Shown here: positions 23,532 through 35,700 of the stretch, piece after piece
Numbering within the stretch: the stretch's first letter is position 1
Layout of the letters: each line of letters starts with the position of its first letter
DNA from: Guillardia theta CCMP2712
Taxonomy: Eukaryota; Protista; Cryptophyta
Assembly (NCBI RefSeq): GCF_000315625.1
Contig: NW_005434640.1
Span: 476,452-540,451 of the forward strand
DNA length: 64,000 nt
Direction of reading: 5' to 3'
Program-made: the position numbers and the translations under genes
Notes under the pieces: model-generated
The model's input: only the letters and a program-made list of their open reading frames with translations
Databases searched by the model: none
What the model was told of the DNA's origin: nothing

Positions 23532-25241
23532 ATGAAAATGCTGAGGGCGGTGGCGGCGGTGATGTGGGTGGGGCTGATGGCGGTGGAAGGAAAGCAGGTA
23601 ACAGGAGGGAAGGGAGAGTATGAAGATACCTCTCATGTCGCCTCCAGATCCTCTACCAGCCCTCCAAGTCTTCCACCTTCGTCGCCAGGGAAGAGCTTCC
23701 TTTCACCATCCAGTACGCAGGTAGACGAGCAGCGTGGTTCTGCGAACCCTCTCCTGCTTCCAGGCAGCATGACAGCATGATTCACAGACGCCAACGCCAT
23801 TGAAGCCATCACCTGCTTCGACTACGTGCAGGCAAGTTCTGTCAGTGCCCCTCCATGTCCAGCTGATCTTGATGCAGCTGGGCCATTACAAGGCGCGGGT
23901 GCCCTTCGGCTGCTTTCTGCGAGCATCGACACCCCTGCTCAAGAACGTGGACGGAGTCGCAGGGTTTGGTATCCCCAAAGTCGGTGCCAATGGCGAAAAG
24001 CTGCCGATGCCTCTGCTGTGGGCGCTGACGGACCCGAGGAACGTGGAGAGCAACGCTCGCGGGTTGAAGAGGAGGTACACCTTCTTCGCGTCCAAGGACC
24101 ATGGAGAAGTTCAACTGGGGGGATATGACCCGCAGTCAGTGGAGGGAGGAGAGATGAAGTACTTCAAGTCGCTCTCCTCCGGTGAATTCGTTCTTGGAGT
24201 CTCGTCGATCCGTTTGGGAACTTCACCGGAGAACGCAGTTGAAGTTTTGCGATTTCGAGATGAAGATGACAAGGCAATGGATGAAGCTGGTGGCGAAGAT
24301 GTCGTTCAGGCAGAGGACAACAAGCGCAACGTCATCCCAGCTGTGCTCGATACAGGTCAGGGAGAGCGTCGAGCTGTCACTGAGCTTCTTGTGGGCTGAC
24401 TGGAAGTGCAGGAACCTCGTGCCTGGTGCTGCCGTCCAACGACCACGGGGGGCTGCTGAAAGAGTCGCCATTCGAGATCTTTGTGAAGCACTTCCGCCAT
24501 CCTCCCTCTCTCTTCAGTGCAGCTCACGCGAAGATGATCAACGAAGGGCTCAAGTCATCCGGCAGCAACGTCTACATGACTGTCAACGGCGAGGAGATGG
24601 TTCTCCCCTACGAAAGCCTGCTGATCACAGGGACGGACAAGCCTTGCGTTCGAGGGTCGCCGCCTCTGCAACAGGGCAGCATCATTCTGGGGGATGTGTT
24701 CTTCAGGAACTATGCCGTCTTGTTCGACATGGAACATTCATCGAGGGTGGAGCCAGCCACCATCGGCGTCGCAAAGATCAACGCGAACTACAAGATCATC
24801 CCCGAGTCGACTCCCATCATCCCCGTTAACGAGCTCGGCGAGCCTCTTGTGCGCATGCACGTGCATCGGGGAGTAGACAAACTGCCGATCGAGGACAACT
24901 CGCAGGGCACTCAGTACTTCGTGCAGCTCACGATCGGTACTCCCCCGCAGCTCTTCAAGTTGGCCTTCGACACGGGCTCTTCTACTCTCGGTGTTTTCGT
25001 GGCACCGCCGACCATGAACGACGTCATGTCCGAGGAGCTTGGCAGGCCCATCCCGGTGGTTCCCCAAGAGCTCATGAAGCAGGAGGCTCTCCTCCAGACC
25101 AAGGCAAGAGCCTTTCGTGCCCCCCCCGCGACGTCGCTAGTCCCCTGGCTTGTGCTGAGCCTCTTTGGCATTGTCGTCGTCGTGCTGCTGGTGCGAGAGA
25201 GGAGGCGAAGGATTGTAGACCCCCCCTATGATGTTCTATGA
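23532..25241 (+). CDS. Membrane-anchored pepsin-family (A1) aspartic protease, apparently circularly permuted
   Basis: Signal peptide; introns 23598-23647, 23721-23787, 23832-23877 (GC-AG) and 24356-24411. Motif order: YQPSKSSTF, IQYADA, FGC, DGVAGFG, GEVQLGGYD, LDTGTS, ILGDVFFRNY..FD, then YFVQLTIGTPPQ..FDTGSS, TM helix, YDVL. Confidence 0.9.
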
Positions 25242-25320
25242 TAAAACCTGAGCTGGAATGTCAGCTCGTCGGTCTCTTCCGACAGAAGGCCTGGCGAGGT
25301 CAAACGCAGGCAGTAAGTTG

Positions 25321-27978
25321 TCAGTCAGGCGATGTTGGTGCAGGAGTGAGGGGAGGAGGATGAAACTCTCCGACTCGTTTGATCTCATCGCATGTGCCGG
25401 GCATGACAGGCGCAATAACGTCAGTCAGCCACATCGAGCCTGAGGGGTCAGGCGAGGGAGCGAGGAGAACCGAGACGAGCTCTCTGCCCCCTGTAACACA
25501 CACAAAGCTCGAGCGACAACAGATTGACAGTGAAGGATGGAAGGAGATCATGTTCCAGGTGCCTTTGCGATAATATTCAGATAGATTCAAGCACGTAGTT
25601 CATCTTGCATTTGAGCTGCTCCCATTGCATCTATTCATGTATAGTACAATGATGGTCTCGTGTAGGATCCGAGTGATGAACGAGACTCGATTCAGCTGCG
25701 CTTGGAGGTTGTGACGCGTCGCGAGTTGTGGCCAACTCTCAAGGGAGCAAGCGAGTGATCCGACGAGGTCACATCAAGACCAGCCGTCAACAGTGACCAG
25801 CTTTACTAGCAGCGCCATCTTTCATATCACATCCTCCACAAGGTCTTCCTCGTCCTCGGTCAGCTCGTTGTCATTCACAGCAACAGGCGCATCTGGCTCT
25901 GCTCTCTCGACTTGTACCGTCTCGTCTGACACGAGGTCCTTGCCAGGTAAGCTTGCTTCGACATCCTTGGCGGAATCAGTCTGCTGGCTCTCTGCTTCGT
26001 GCAACAGCAAGATTTCTGCACTCGCGTCCTCCTCCTCCTTCTTTTCTTCTTTGCTTGTCGTGCATTCCTGCACTTCTGCATCCCTCACACCTGCCGGGGA
26101 CTTGGCGACACTCTTCCCCACTGAGAGAGAAGCTGCTGAGGGTTGAGGAGAGCACAAGGAGAGAGGAGGCTGGACGTCCTTGCTTGGAGTCTCGAAGGTG
26201 ATGTCAGACTTGTTCTCCTCGTCGCTCTCACCTGCCAACGAGCTGTGAAGAAGAATCGCGACAAACGCGTCAGAGAATCACCGACATACGCAGCACCCTC
26301 GTCCTCCTGCCACTCGTCACCATCGTTGGTTTGTTGCTCCGCTAACTCAGGTGGATCTAGGATGGTCTTATCAGCACGGCATCCAAGCCTTCAACAAGCC
26401 TCACTGTCTGCCTCCCGCTCTTCGCTCCCTTCATCTGTCGCACCTGCCATTCCTTCACTGGTCAGCAGTTCTCATGGCAATGAGCCTCAACCTGTAGACC
26501 CCTGAGCTTGCAGAGCTTCGAGGCGCTTCTTCGCTCTCAGTCTATTTTCTTCGATTCTCTTGAGCACATCATCCGAGATGCTTGACGCAGGCTTCTCGTC
26601 ACTGTTTCTTTCAGCGCTACTCTCCTCTTCTGCATTCGAGTTTAGACCGAGCAGACGCTTCTACTCTCACAGCGTTACCAACGTACTCAGCCGCCACATC
26701 TTCCTGCCACTCTTCCTGCTGCATGTACTGGTTGGGGTCCTCAGGCTCCTCTGCGTCAGCATCAGGTTGTCGCTTGACACTCCTCGCTTCACAGTGCTAC
26801 CATCGTCATCCTCCTCCAGTGAGACCATCGCTTGCGGGGCCTCGCTCCCTGTCCCAGCATGCTTCTGCTGCTCCTGGTCTTCTACTGGTCCTGCTTCAAA
26901 CGCGGTGGATTCCCCGGCTGATTCCTTGCCATCCTTGTCTTCCTTGTATTTGTCCGCCTGCCCCCATGTCACGGGACGCCAGCAGGGGAGAGTTTCGACC
27001 TCCACTTCACGGTATGCGTCGAGCGCTCGTTGGATCATGAACGTGTTTCCAACAGATTCGACCTGATGCAGCGTCAACCGACTGGGAGCCAACGAGACAG
27101 AAGCCACCTTGAAGATTACGTCATCGAAAGACAGGGCTGGGCAGAGCTGGTATGCCCATTCCTGCCAAGGGCAGGTCTTGTCAGTAAGATGTACGAGAAG
27201 CTTGTGTCGGAGAGACCTGGTACTTTGACATCATCAACTTCAAGTCAGTCTTTTCGTGTCCCTTTCCTTTGAACTTGGTGTCACGGAAGATTCTTTCAGG
27301 TCACAGAGTTAGAAGTCACAGCCTCGTCTGCTCTGCACAAGTCACCGGTAAAGTTTCGTAAGGCCGTCTGGTGAGATCAACTTCTCTTGAAACGCCTGCA
27401 AGTAGCAACGTCATGACCTGTGCCGGGAGGAAGGAGCTCAAGTCTTTACGTTCTTGTCCAGTCTTGCTCGCTTTCTGATATTTTGAACGATTCAGAGCAC
27501 AGACAAGTAAGCATTACACACAAGAGAACCTCTTCTTGGAAGTCTTTTCATCCTTGTCCTTCTCTTCCTGATCGTCTTTCTCGCCATCTTTTGATTTCTC
27601 TTCATCATCCTGCGTCGTCAATTCTTTCAGGGATGAAATGCTTCAAACCTCGCCAACCGCCTCCATCTCACTCCCTCCAGCTCCGACTATATCCAGCTAA
27701 CTATATCCCTCCACTCTGAATCTGACATTTCGGAATTGTCTGATTCTACAGTCTTATATATTACCATCCTTCAACTCCTCCACGCTTTTCCTCTCCTTTC
27801 CATCTTCGCTTTTCCCTCGATTCCCTTCTCTCGTTCCCTTCTCGTCCCCTCGTGCATTGTTCCTCTCCTCCTCTCATCATCTTCTGCTCTCCTCCTCCTC
27901 TCCTCTCACCTCCTGGCTCAGCATCTTGCCCAGCTCCGCGAACGGCATGTACGAGTGCGCCGTTCTTGCAAACGCCAT
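25321..27978 (-). CDS. Large acidic low-complexity hypothetical protein, multi-exon
   Basis: ATG at 27978 (MAFARTAHSYMPFAELGKMLSQE then a GT donor); acidic ORF pieces 26667-27107 and 25822-26238. 3' end uncertain. Confidence 0.5.
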
Positions 27979-28444
27979 GGCGCCAAACGGGAAGGGCTTC
28001 CGAGGACCACCCATCAACACCCCAATCAACACCGGAAAATACAGGGGTACTGGGTGAAATCAGGAGGGGTTCTTGGCCCTCCAAAACGGAGGGTGGCAAA
28101 TTTCATACCAGGGGTACATTCGTATGAAAAGACACCGGTACCTTTGTTACCTGATTTTTGACCACCTTACATAGCTACACCCCTCTTTTACTCGATGAAA
28201 TCACCCCTACTCTAGAGTTTCGCTCTCACTACCCCTCCATTCGACCTAAGAAGTAGGGTAGGAGCAGCAGATCGGTCGCAACCGCCATGGCACTTAAGGC
28301 CCTCCATGGCATGATCCATGGCATGATCCATGGCGCTGATCCTTGAAGGCTTGCAGGAAAGCATGAGATGAATCTCGAAACATGAGCTAAGGGAGTCAGT
28401 AACACTACCAGCTCCTACTAGCCGAGACAGACATCATCGACTTG

Positions 28445-29614
28445 CATTCAGAAATGGAGGAGTAATTTCCTCCCATAATGCCGCTCGTACAGCTTAAACC
28501 ACTCAGACAGTCTTGTAGGACGGGGAGCTCGTTGGCGCCGTTCATGCTACAGGTCACAGATGACTGTCATCTGTGAGCTCATCATGGCATGTCCTTGGAC
28601 GAGTATGTCATGCCGGTCAACCCTCTGACTTAACATCCTACAAGTCCGTCTCGTCCATCGTTGATCGCTTGGCTCGGAACAGCAACAATGGTGCATGTCT
28701 ACCCTTATGGCGCCCAGGAGCAAGCATCGCTTTCCCTAGCAGAGCCTCCAGCTCCTCGGGTGCTTCATCACCGACTACTCGCTCGCATCTCAGGGCCAGC
28801 TGGGGACTGATGGCCGTCAGCCTTAAGGCGTCAGGGATGTATGTACACCTCCATCTCAGTCGCCGACCTCGTTGCTCTCTCTCCCGCCTTCACTGCTCGC
28901 AGTTGTCGCTCACTGTGCTCGGCATGGTTCGCTCCTTCTGGACGCTGCTGCCCCTCAGCCGCACCTGGAGGGTCCCAGTGTCCTTGCTGGACCAGGACAA
29001 GCAGGGAATTGTTAGGGATTGACAACCCTGATGATCTACCTTGAATCTGAACTTGAGCCCACTTGCTGTCTTGCGTTAAGCAAGCAAACAGGAACCTCAA
29101 CACGCTCGATGAACGTATAGAAAGTTAGGATAGATTTATCATCAAACCGACAGGATAAATCGGCTAGTTAACTGAAGTATACGTAACCTCTCAAGTGACT
29201 CCTTTCAGGAATGAGCGGGCGAGGAACGAGGAGAAGTAGGAGGACCTTCGAGCAGATCGCCAGCGCTTCCTCTACCTCGTCCTCACCAACCGACGTGACG
29301 CGTACAGGATCTGAGGGCCCGATGACTCGGATCTGCTGGTCCGTCAGCTGGGCGGGCGACCCCCTGCGCCTCCTCGATTCTTCAATGCGGAGAACTGAAA
29401 GGAGGAACGAGATTTCATGCAGAGAAGGACCCCTCTTGTTACATCGATAGCCGCTCCGCAGGCCCCTTCCCCTCCTTCCTTCCTTTATCTCTACTATCTT
29501 TTTTCTCCCTCCCTCCCTCCCTCCCTCCCTCCAGTGGCCTTGTCCCCTCTCTTTCCCCTCCTCCTCCTCCTCCTCACCATCGTCGTCGTCGTCGTCGTCG
29601 TCGAGTTTGCACAC
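28445..29614 (-). CDS. Hypothetical protein, multi-exon
   Basis: Exon-like pieces IRVIGPSDPVRVTSVGEDEVEEALAICSK, LALRCERVVGDEAPEELEALLGK and RLSEWFKLYERHYGRKLLLHF* flanked by splice sites. Confidence 0.35.
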
Positions 29615-29754
29615 ATAGGAAAGTAATTTTAATTTGGTAGTAACTGGGACCTCTTGGTGTACTGCAATAAAAAAGAGTAAAGTTTAAAATGTTTTTATAG
29701 AGGAGAAAACAGAAATGGACAAAGCACGTTGGGCACAAGACAGAGAGGAGGAAG

Positions 29755-29862
29755 AGGGAGGGAGGGAGGGAGGGAGTGAGTGAGTGAGTGAGTGAGTGAG
29801 TGAGTGAGTGAGTGAGTGAGGGAGGGAGGGAGGGAGGGAGGGAGGGAGGGAGGAGGGAGGAG
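29755..29862. repeat. (GGGA)n-(GAGT)n-(GGGA)n compound microsatellite
   Basis: Directly visible. Confidence 0.95.
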
Positions 29863-30071
29863 GAACTTGAGCTAGAACGGGGTAGGATTGAGAACTGGAT
29901 GGAGCAGCGAGTCAACATAGAAATCAGGGCAAACAGAGCAGTAAAGGAATCAAGTGGTGCCGTACCTATCGCTGAGAGGAGGAGGAAAAGGTTGTTGTTG
30001 TTGTTGTGATTGATACTGCAGGTGGATGGAGGCAGGAGGGTTCAGTTGAGTGACATGGAGGAAGTCCCAGC

Positions 30072-32074
30072 ATGAAGAGTCTCCTTTCCCCTTCCTCCAG
30101 GCGCAGGGAAAGCCTGAGGACGCTGCTGAGCGATGAGGCGAGCAGCCGCGAGGAGGAGATGGAAGGGCTGGGGCTGATGGCGATGTCGCTGGTGGAGGAG
30201 GATCATGGGGAGGAGGGAGGGGAGGGTCTCCCCTCGCACCTCTACATCCTCGTGCATGGCTTCAACTCCCGCGCCGAGCACCTCAACTACGTGGCCAAGG
30301 AGATGGCGAACAGGCTGGGGCCCTCGGCTGCGGTTTACAGCTCCTTCTGCAACGAAGCCAAGGTGCCCAACTTCTTGTTCCACCCGACGCACGAAGGGAT
30401 NNNNNNNNNNNNNNNNNNNNNNNNNNNNNNNNNNNNNNNNNNNNNNNNNNNNNNNNNNNNNNNNNNNNNNNNNNNNNNNNNNNNNNNNNNNNNNNNNNNN
30501 AGGGAGGGAGGGAGGGAGGAGGCGCAGGAGGAGGCGCAGTAGGAGGAGGAGGAGCTGAAGTTGTTCAGGGCTCGTGGCCGGGCTGATTCCCCTCACCTTC
30601 ATGACAACCGCTACTCCTCATCTTGGAACGCAAGCGCTGCTTCCCAAGGCGCTGGAGAAGATGGTGACAGGGCTGGCGCTGTATGGCGGGAGGAGTGCGA
30701 AACAGGTAGAGGATGAGGATGAGGATGAGGATGATGATGATGACGCATGGCAGCTGTTCCTTGTCGACCAAGGTGAAAGAGTTGTGCATTACGCGAATGG
30801 AGAGAGCGAAGAAGAGATGTGAGTGAGGGCCTGCTGCTGCTGCTGCTGCTGCTTGTCCTCCGGTTGTGTCTGACATGTCAATAGCCGACGACTTGAGCGA
30901 AGAAAAGAGAAGAATGATATCAGCTTCAGCACTCGAAGCAGATCAGTGAGCTTCCTCTTCCTCTTTCTCCTGATCCTCCTCCTCCGCTTCCGCTTCCGCT
31001 TCTTCTTCTTGTCTTCCTGTACTCGCTCCCTCCCTCTCTCACCATAGGAGTCTGAGTTCCGTCAGGATGCGTCTGCTCGTCCTACCTCACCGACCTTCAG
31101 CCTCGGTGACGATCAGGTGGAGAGGGGAGGGGAGGGACAAGGAGATGCTTATTAGAGATGCAGGACGAAGCGAAGGAGGAGGCAACAGAAGGAGGAGGTG
31201 AGAGGGTGTGGGCCTGCTGACAAGTTGACGATGGATATCAGACGAGACCAACGAACAAGCCTGCTCCTCCCAGGTGCTCCACCACCACCACCACCTCCTA
31301 CTCCTCCGCTCCTGCTCCTCCTCCTCCTGCTCCTCCTGCTCCTGCTCCTGCCCCTCTTCCATCATTCTTGTCTCTTCCATCTTTTGCTTCCTGATTCTCC
31401 TCTTCCTCTCCCCCTCTCCTCGTGTCTCTAACTTCCGGCAGCAGGCGAAGAGGATCAAGGTGCCTGTGCTGGAGGGTCAGGCAGGAAGTGACGGCAGGGC
31501 GGCAGGGGATCAGGCGTTCCTTCTTGGGTCAGCTTCTCTTCGGGAGCGTCTCCTCCACTCCTTCCTCTCCCTCCCCCTCCTCTCCCTCCCCCTCCTCTCC
31601 TTCTCCCTCCTCCCCCTTCCCATCTCGCCTTCAGCACAGGAGGAGCCAGGAGTCGGTGAAGCAGTGGGGGGTCAAAGATTTCTTCAGGGACAAAATCAGC
31701 CCCCGATCCTCGAGGAGGAAGAACAAGTCTGCCGTCAACCTTGACTTCCTCAAAGACCTCCAAGTCGCCTCCTCTTCCCCCTCCTCCTCCTCCTCTTCCC
31801 ATGCCGACGCCTCCCAGCACCCGCTCTCTCCGCTCAGGACCAAGAGCTCCTCCGAGGGGCTACCGGGGAGCGAGGCTCATGCTGACGAGTTGGAGGAAGA
31901 GTACCTGCGGAGCTGCTTGGGGGGAGAGGAGTTTGAAGGTGAGCGAGAGAGAAGGAGACGAGGGGGTGAGAAAGGGAAGGGAAGGAGGAGGAGGAGGAGG
32001 GGCGGCGGAGGGAGGGAAGGACTTGAAGGGTTGGGGGAAAGGGAAAGGAAGAGAAGGAGGAGGTGGCTGTAGTG

Positions 32075-32132
<58 letters not shown>

Positions 32133-33216
32133 AAGGAGGAGCAGGAGGAGGAGCGGTAGGAGGAGCAGAAGGAGGCGGTGGTGGTGGTGATGGTGGTGGT
32201 GATGGTGGTGGTGATTGTGGTGGCGGTGGAGAAGGAGGAGAAGAACCTGATTCAGTTCCCTCAGATTTCCTTGCGAGGGAGGAGGAACACGAGCTCTCCT
32301 CCTTCTCCCAACGGCTGACTTTCCTCCGAGACCAGCACCGTCCCCTCCTCCTCGAGATGACGACCGACGACACTCTTCCCTTCCTCTCCGCTCTCCGCGC
32401 CTTCAAGCATCGCGTGCTCTACGGCAACACCTGTAACGACTTTCTCGTCCGCTACCCCACCGCCATGATCGCTTCGTCCTTCCTCCCCCGCTGGCAGATG
32501 TTCAACCCTGTCTCCCACAAGTATCCCCACGTGATTCACGACTCCCTTGAAGAAGTCTTCATATGGCCTCCTCCTCCTCCTTCTCCTCCTCCTCCTGCCG
32601 CTACCGCTGGTGCTGGTGCTGCTTCAGATGCGTCTCCCTCCTCTCCTCCTTCCCCCTACTTCCTAGGAGACCCCAAGGAGAAGGAAATTCAAGCGATGCT
32701 AGAGAATCTCTCGCAGCTTTCATGGAGGAGGATCAGCGCGGTGAAATTCCTCCCTTCCCTCTTCCTTTTCTCCCCTCCCCCCTCCCCCTTTCGCTTCCCT
32801 CTGGTTCCCTCAGCTTCTCTTCCTCTCACTGGGCCTGCAGAGGTTCGAGCGAACCATCAGGGTCGGTGACAGTCAGCGTCCTCTTCCTGGTTTCCTCTCC
32901 AGCTTCGCCTTGGATGCTCACAACCGACTCCCAGTTGTCAGGCATGAACCTTCTCTCCTCCCCCCTCTTCCTACTCCTGCTCCTGCTCCAGCTCCTGCTC
33001 CAGCTCCTGTTCTGCTCCTGCTCTTGCTCTCCGTTTCCTCAACGTCTTCATCTTCTTGCCTCTCTTCTGCGTGAGTTCTCCCTCGCCTTCAGTTTGATTC
33101 TCGTCCCTCGCAGGCCCTTCATGGACGGGGACGGGAAGGACACGGTGAAGCACATCTGCGACATCTGGATGGAGCATGCGATGCGAGCGGGAGATGACGA
33201 GCTTCAGCATGAATGA
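30072..33216 (+). CDS. DUF676 / Rog1-like alpha/beta-hydrolase (putative lipase/serine esterase)
   Basis: HLYILVHGFNS, FMTTATPHLG, FLSALRAFKHRVLYGNTCNDFLVRY and LSWRRI. The expected GHSxG falls in the gap at 30401-30500. Confidence 0.85.
30401..30500. other. Assembly gap (100 N)
   Basis: N run. Confidence 1.
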
Positions 33217-33278
33217 CAGCCCCCTCCCTCCTCCTCCTCCTCCTCCTCCTCCTCCCAGTCAAGTTAGAGTTTATTTCC

Positions 33279-35282
33279 TCACGCCCTATTCTTTCTTCTC
33301 TTTCCCCTGGCTTTTTCTTCTGCTTCCTCTTCCTCCTCTTCCCCCTCTCCTTCAGCCGCGAGCAGCGACTTGATAGGCTCGAATGTTTTACGGTGAATCG
33401 GACAAGGGCCATGCTGCGCTATCGTCAGACATATCTCCCCCTCCTGCCTCTCACTCTACCTGCCTCCTCCTCCTGCCTCTCACTCTACCTGCCTCTCCCT
33501 CCTCCCTCCTTCTGCCCCCCCTCACCCCCCCCCTGTTCTTGCGCTCTGCTTCCTCCAGTACCTTGCTGATAGCAGCGACGTGTCGGCTCGTGCCGTATCC
33601 CTTGTGCTGCCTCGGTGTCAGCGAGTCACCCGCACGTCCCTCCTGACCTGAGCGAAGTCGTAGACGGGCCAGCGCTCGTGATGCTCCTTCATGATGCGAT
33701 CTCGCGTGACCTGCACATACTGAGGAACGGGAAGGAGGTGCGGGTGAGGGAGTAGGGGGCAGATAAGAGGGAGGAAGAGAAGGGGAAGGGAGGGAGGGGA
33801 GAGGAGGAGGTAGATGGAGGGAGAGAGGGGAGAGGAGGAGGTAGAGGGAGGGGAACGAGGGAGAGAGGGGAGAGGAGGAGGTAGAGGGAGGGGAACGAGG
33901 GAGAGAGGGGAGAGGAGGAGGTAGAGGGAGGGGAACGAGGGAGAGAGGGGAGAGGAGGAGGTAGAGGGAGGGGAACGAGGGAGGGAGGGGAGAGGAGGAG
34001 GAGGAGGAGCGAACTTCGCCTCCCCTCACCTTGGCGATAATAGAAGCAGCAGCAATCGCCATGCACTAGGAGAAGAGGTTAGACAGCGAAGGTGAAGGCC
34101 AAGGGATTGCACCTTACTGTCTCCTTTTACGATGGCCTGAGAAGGAGCTGAGAGGTCGGACGGGCATCTGTAACACACCATCATCATCCTCTTTATCCTC
34201 CTCCTCCTCCTCCTCCTGCTTCCCGCTCTCCTCCTCCCCTTCGTTCAACCACCACCAGGTCTCTCCACATCGAGCACTTTGCTGTGACACTGACCTGTTT
34301 CCATCTACCAGCACAAAGTCAGGTGGTTCCTCCAGCTGCTTCACGGCCGAGGACATGCCGAGCATGGTCGCTTGGAGGATGTTGATCTCGTCGATGACCT
34401 CGTGCTCTATGACGCTCACCTTACACCCTCGTCAGTTCCTCCCTCGCCGCCATGCTCCTCTCCTCCCACCCCGATGGTCACTTTCTTGCTCTGCGTCAGA
34501 GTCTCGTAGCACGCCTCCCTCTGTGCTCCAAGACCATGTCAACGACGAGAGGTGGGAGGGGACGAGGAGAGGCAGAGGGGACGAGGAGAGGCAGGAGGGG
34601 ACGAGGAGAGGCAGAGGGGACGAGGAGAGGCAGGAGGGGACGAGGAGAGGCAGGAGGGGACGAGGAGAGGCAGGAAGGGACGGACCTCCTCTTCCGTCAT
34701 CTTCTTGCTGTCTTTGATGCCTCGCAGCATTTCCTCCTCCTCTGCCGGTAAGATCACAGCCGCCGCTACCACTGGACCCGCCAACGGCCCTCTGCCGGCT
34801 TCATCAACTCCCGCGACTCTCTTGAATCCTTCCTGCCACAGAAGTTGCTCGTGTTCCCTGCTAGGGCACTTGGAAACAACGATCCTGTTCACCCTAGAGC
34901 AGACCGTCTCCACCAACCCATTGTCACTCCCCCTCAGCTTCTGTGCAGCCACGACCTTCGATATCGATGCTCCTACCTCTCTCTTCTTGCGCTTTGAAGG
35001 TTCTTTGGTGGCACCAGCGTCGGAGCCTCTTGTCTTCTCCTGCTCCTTCGTTCCAGCATTCAAGCTCTGCTTTCCTCGCGGCGACCTCCTCAGAGCATGG
35101 CTTCTCTCGGCGTCGAGAGGTTCTTTCTCCGTCCCTCGCGGCAATCTTCCTTTCCTCCTCCCTCCCCTTGGCCCCTCATCATCATCTTTCGCTTCATCGC
35201 GTGTTCTTCCCTTCAAGCTGCTTGTTTCCGGTCCTCCTCTCCTCTCCTCCTCCTCTCCCCCCTTCCGTTTCCCTGCCGCCAT
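33279..35282 (-). CDS. rnhB: Ribonuclease HII, bacterial type, with long basic N-terminal extension
   Basis: [68 protein letters not shown] and [13 protein letters not shown] over several exons. Confidence 0.95.
33790..34005. repeat. Intronic 40-bp polypurine minisatellite
   Basis: About 4-5 copies of GAGAGAGGGGAGAGGAGGAGGTAGAGGGAGGGGAACGAGG. A second ~20-bp repeat lies at 34557-34680. Confidence 0.9.
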
Positions 35283-35299
35283 TCTCCTATCTGCCCCTC

Positions 35300-35700
35300 A
35301 TCCAGCCCCCCACCGACACCATCCGGGCCGGGTCCGCCCCCCCGGTCACGGTCAACGGCGGCCTATCACCTCCGAACCGTTGCGAGCTTGCGATCCGACC
35401 GCTCAGGCCCCGAGGTTCTTATTACTTGATAAATAAGGATACTCGGAGTTTACCGCGAGGGTACGTGACCCGATGGACCGGAAGGTCCGCGGTCACGGTT
35501 TTATTTACAAACTCCGAGGAGTCAGTTTACTCAACTTTGATGAGTAAACCCTTACAACTGACGCGCTACTTTTACTCAACTCTCCGAGTCTCTGACCGCC
35601 TCTCACTTTATAATTAGTTTTTCGGAGTAGAGGCTGGACGGCCCTCATCCCACCTCATTCCCAATGTATCGGTACCTGATTCTGGTACCGATTGGGCGGC
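35300..35700. promoter_or_regulatory. Hairpin-dense island upstream of RNase HII
   Basis: Nested stems at 35442-35518 closed by a GGAA loop; second hairpin at 35525-35549. Confidence 0.45.

Noticed and set aside
28285-28342. CCATGGCATGAT short palindromic tandem repeat
   Set aside because: Only about three units with no other copy seen; consistent with local slippage.
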